Source: a virus
IMG/VR virus record: IMGVR_UViG_3300046474_000470
Coordinates: 20,888-84,887 of that record
Direction: 5' to 3' (one strand)
DNA length: 64,000 nucleotides
How positions within the stretch are numbered: position 1 is the first letter of the stretch; every line of letters begins with the position of its first letter. Both the position numbers and the translations under genes were made by a program. The notes beneath the pieces were generated by a model, which was not told the DNA's origin, did no database searches, and saw only the letters and a list, made by a program, of their open reading frames with translations. Below, piece by piece: positions 60,814-64,000 of this stretch.

Positions 60814-61238
60814 GCGACACCTACACCCTGAGCCAGGCCCGCCGCGCCGTGATGGCCGTGGTCGACCAGATCGTGGTCGACCACGCCACCTACCAGCTGG
60901 CGGTCGAGACCGCCAACCGCCATGTGGTCGATGCGACCGCCCAGACCAACCCGTTCCTGCAGGTCGTGGTGGTGCCGATGGGCGGTGAGCAGGCCGAGAT
61001 CGGCCAGAACCCGAACGTCCGGCACGACGGCCAGATCCGGATCTCGGCGGTGGTCAAGGACGGCGCGGGCACGGCCGACGCCGAGGACCTGATCGCCTTC
61101 GTGCTGCCCTACTTCAGCACGAAAGCACTTGGCCAGCTGCAGTGCCATGCCGGTGTCGAGGTGGGCGGGCGCGCCGACAAGGGCCTCTGGTACCAGATGG
61201 CGATCGTGCCCTACCACTACTTCAGCAGACCTGCGTAA
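60810..61238 (+). CDS. Putative tail terminator protein
   Basis: 142 aa; GQIRISAVVKDGAGT..WYQ..VPY; directly before the tail tube gene. Confidence 0.65.
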   Translation: MSDTYTLSQARRAVMAVVDQIVVDHATYQLAVETANRHVVDATAQTNPFLQVVVVPMGGEQAEIGQNPNVRHDGQIRISAVVKDGAGTADAEDLIAFVLPYFSTKALGQLQCHAGVEVGGRADKGLWYQMAIVPYHYFSRPA

Positions 61239-61311
61239 ATAACTGGCAAACAATTTACACATGGCAATAGTTGCCTGCTAGACTTCGAGAAAATTTCCTC
61301 GGAGAACCGTC

Positions 61312-62571
61312 ATGCCCACTTTCGCAAATGCCAGCCGCGAGCAAATCGCTTATATCCCGGAAGCCACTTTCGGCGTCATCCCGGGCACCGGCAACTCCTT
61401 CGCGCTGCGCAATACCGGCGAATCCCTGTCGTTCAACCTGACCAAGGAGAACGACAAGGAGATGAACCCGGCGGCCGAACTGACCTCGTCGACCACGACC
61501 TACGGCCAGGCTGACGGCGACATCAAGGTGCACATGCAGTACGCCGAGTACGACCGCCTGTTCGCGTCGCTGATGCGTTCGGCCTGGAGCGTCTACGGCA
61601 CCAACGGCGTCGGCACCACCTTCTCCGCATCGACCACCGCCGGCACCGCTGGCACCGTCGCTTCGGTGATCACCGCTGCTGTCGCGCCGACCGGCGCCAA
61701 CGCATTCACCACCCTGCAGCCGGGCCAGTGGATCCAGATCAACATGCCGGGCGACCCGAACGACGACAAGCTGGTGCGCGTCTCGACCTCGGTTGCGCCG
61801 ACCGCCACGACCATCACGCTGGACGTCAACACCCCGCTGACCGCTGCGACCTCGATCGCCAACAGCTTCGTGAGCGCCTCGCGCATCTCGAACGGCACCA
61901 CGCTGTCGTCGTTCACGATCGAAAAGCAGATGCTGGACGTCAACCAGTTCCACACCTACCGCGGCATGATGGTGTCGAAGTTCTCGACCCAGATCGCTTC
62001 GAAGTCGATGACCGAAGGTACCTTCACCTTCCTGGGCAAGGACCAGCTGACCAGCGGCACCGGCCAGACCCTGACCGCGTCCCGCCTGCCGGGCACCGTC
62101 GGCGCGTCGCAGACCTACGATATCCAGAACGGTGTCCGCGGCGTCGGCAACCTGTGGGAAGGCGGCGCACCGCTGACCTCGACCTCGATCAAGTCGATCT
62201 CGTTCGACATCGACAGCGGCCTGCGCCCGCAGGATGCGGCCGGCACCCTTGGCCTGGTCGGCGTCGGCATCGGCACCTTCGTCGCCAAGGGCAAGCTGAC
62301 CGTCTACTTCGCGGACGGCTCGCTGTACGCGAAATTCCTGAACGACGTCTACACCTCGTTCACGGTTTCGACCGTCGACACCTCTGCCAACGGCTACATC
62401 ATCACGCTGCCGAAGGCTATGCTGACCAACGGCAAGATCGTCGCCGGCAGCAAGGACACCGACATCATGGCCGAGTTCGACTTCACCGGCTATTCGGACA
62501 AGGGCAACGCCAACGCCACGCTGCGCAAGACGATGTTCATCGACCGCGTGGGCGCCGCCGTGCTGCCGTAA
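61312..62571 (+). CDS. Major tail tube protein with inserted domain
   Basis: EATFGV..LRNTGESL, SFTIEK..YRGMMV, GKLTVYF, ITLP. Confidence 0.85.
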   Translation: MPTFANASREQIAYIPEATFGVIPGTGNSFALRNTGESLSFNLTKENDKEMNPAAELTSSTTTYGQADGDIKVHMQYAEYDRLFASLMRSAWSVYGTNGVGTTFSASTTAGTAGTVASVITAAVAPTGANAFTTLQPGQWIQINMPGDPNDDKLVRVSTSVAPTATTITLDVNTPLTAATSIANSFVSASRISNGTTLSSFTIEKQMLDVNQFHTYRGMMVSKFSTQIASKSMTEGTFTFLGKDQLTSGTGQTLTASRLPGTVGASQTYDIQNGVRGVGNLWEGGAPLTSTSIKSISFDIDSGLRPQDAAGTLGLVGVGIGTFVAKGKLTVYFADGSLYAKFLNDVYTSFTVSTVDTSANGYIITLPKAMLTNGKIVAGSKDTDIMAEFDFTGYSDKGNANATLRKTMFIDRVGAAVLP

Positions 62572-62595
62572 CAGTTTCAGGGTGGGAAGTGGGTT

Positions 62596-62622
62596 GGGCG
62601 CGACTTCGGTCGCGCCCTTTTT
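62596..62622 (+). terminator. Intrinsic terminator
   Basis: GGGCGCGAC-TTCG-GTCGCGCCC-TTTTT. Confidence 0.9.
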
Positions 62623-63325
62623 ATTCGGCGTACGCCAGCGCCGGCACGCCGGCAGGCGAGCCCTTTTTCAGCCAGCGCAGCACCGACGCATGTGGTCGCC
62701 CGACGTAGGCGACGGCTTCCTGCACCGATCCAAACTCCAGCGGCACCGTGCCGCCGACTGGCCAAACCCAGACAGGCCGCAGCCTGCTGGCACGGAGGGC
62801 CGCACGAGTGGTATCAGGAATCTTTCGACCGCGCGCGAGATCAGCTAGACGCTGCACACGCTCAGGTGATAATCTGCGCCCCCTCAGAGATGCTGACAGG
62901 CGAGCTTTGGTCTGCTCTGACCTCTTTCTGCCTAGGTGCGTACGCCGTGCCGTCTCAGCTGCCTGCGCCCGACGCTCAGCTGAGTGCTCTGCAGTATGGA
63001 TGATGCCGCCGCCGCGGGTCAGATTGAACCCAGCCGGCGAGAAGCTCTCGCGTGCAGCGATCGCCTCCACCTCCAGCGCCGGAAGGTCATCCACGTTAGC
63101 CGCGCGCCAGACTGCTGCATCGAAGGCATCTAGGCCGTGCACTGCGATCGCTCGGTAGAGCCGGGAGTCCTTCGCCTGGCGGGTGCGATGGCGCATGACG
63201 CGCTGGCGCATGTTCTTGCTGATGCCGACGTACTCCATGCCCGTGGACCTGAGCCGGATGACATACACGCCCGACACGGCCGGAATGCGATTGTGGGCTT
63301 CCTGCAGTGGGTGCCAATCCATCAT
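62621..63325 (-). mobile_element. Free-standing GIY-YIG homing endonuclease with NUMOD3-like repeats
   Basis: GVYVI..YVGIS..R..H, E..GFN, HSAE..GRKRSEQTKARLS..GRKIPDTT. Confidence 0.85.
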
Positions 63326-63373
63326 ATCTCCTCAAAACATCCACGCTACCACAAAGACATTTCCAATAGGAAC

Positions 63374-63402
63374 TTGACACACGTAAACTATTTCTGCACA
63401 CT
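63374..63402 (+). promoter_or_regulatory. Sigma70-like promoter for the tail chaperone operon
   Basis: TTGACA-17 nt-CACACT. Confidence 0.65.
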
Positions 63403-63437
63403 GCGATTTCCCATCCCCAACACCACAGGAACTGACC

Positions 63438-63851
63438 ATGGATTTCCACCGCGCTTATGCGACCGATCCCAAAGCTGAACTCGAAGGCAAGGAATTCGAC
63501 TGGGGCGGCGGCGTCAAGCTGACCATCGCCCGCGCGCACAACCCGTCCTACACCCGCCTGCTGGCCAGCCTGTATGAGAAGAACAAGGAAGCCCTGGACA
63601 AGAAGGACACCGCTGAAGAGCTGGCGGCTGCCGAAGCGCTGTCGAACAAGATCATGGCCGAGGTGATGGCCAAGTCGATCCTGCTGGGCTGGTCGGGTCC
63701 GGTCACCTTCAAGGGTGAAGATCTGCCGTACAACACCGCCAACGCCCAGAAGCTGCTGGCGCTGAAGGACTTCCAGAACGAAGTGGCCAAGCGCGCCGCC
63801 GACTTCCGCAACTTCCGCTTCGAGACCGAAGAGGCCGACGCAAAAAACTAG
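63438..63851 (+). CDS. Tail assembly chaperone (gpG-like)
   Basis: IARAHNPSY..ILLGWSG..PYN..LL; ends at a slippery site. Confidence 0.85.
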   Translation: MDFHRAYATDPKAELEGKEFDWGGGVKLTIARAHNPSYTRLLASLYEKNKEALDKKDTAEELAAAEALSNKIMAEVMAKSILLGWSGPVTFKGEDLPYNTANAQKLLALKDFQNEVAKRAADFRNFRFETEEADAKN

Positions 63852-64000
63852 TCGAGTACCTCCAGTGGGACCTCACATGGGGTCCGCAGCTCAAGTACCT
63901 GCTTGAGTTACAGGAGGATCTCGGGACGGTTCCGAAGGCCCTTCAGAATCGTCCGGTGCTGGACGTGCGCCAGCACCACTACTACACCGCGTACCAGGCG
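63842..64000 (+). CDS. -1 frameshift extension of the tail chaperone (gpGT-like, partial)
   Basis: A AAA AAC heptamer at 63842-63848; the -1 frame is open to the window end (LVEYLQWDLTWG..ALQNRPVL..). Confidence 0.8.

Overview
This 64 kb window is part of a GC-rich (about two-thirds GC by eye) tailed dsDNA phage genome of siphovirus type. No integrase, tRNA or CRISPR array was seen, and a proteobacterial host is inferred from the RdgC and TraR/DksA homologs. There are five blocks. (i) 1-19.6 kb, minus strand: nucleotide-metabolism and replication genes (ThyA, ATP-dependent ligase, family A polymerase, TraR/DksA, dNMP kinase, MazG, DEDDh exonuclease, primase-helicase, SNF2 helicase, dCMP deaminase, C5 methyltransferase, RdgC). 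(ii) 19.8-23.5 kb: an oppositely oriented five-gene fibre/esterase cassette. (iii) 23.5-48.5 kb, minus strand: about 60 small early genes with paralog expansions. (iv) 44.4-49.25 kb: AT-rich regulatory DNA, a roughly 700-nt hairpin-dense non-coding region with a boxA-like motif, and a probable packaging site. (v) 49.25-64 kb, plus strand: terminase, portal, S49 protease, scaffold, decoration, capsid, neck, tail tube, an antisense GIY-YIG endonuclease and a frameshifting tail chaperone. The most notable signals are the putative large structured RNA/antiterminator at 47.04-47.76 kb, a two-subunit C5 methyltransferase encoded in overlapping frames, a recurring RGCAA-N5-KTGCC operator-like motif at late promoters with two apparently leaderless late genes, and the displaced adhesin/de-acetylase cassette. 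All product calls come from motif recognition by eye; no database searches or folding programs were run.
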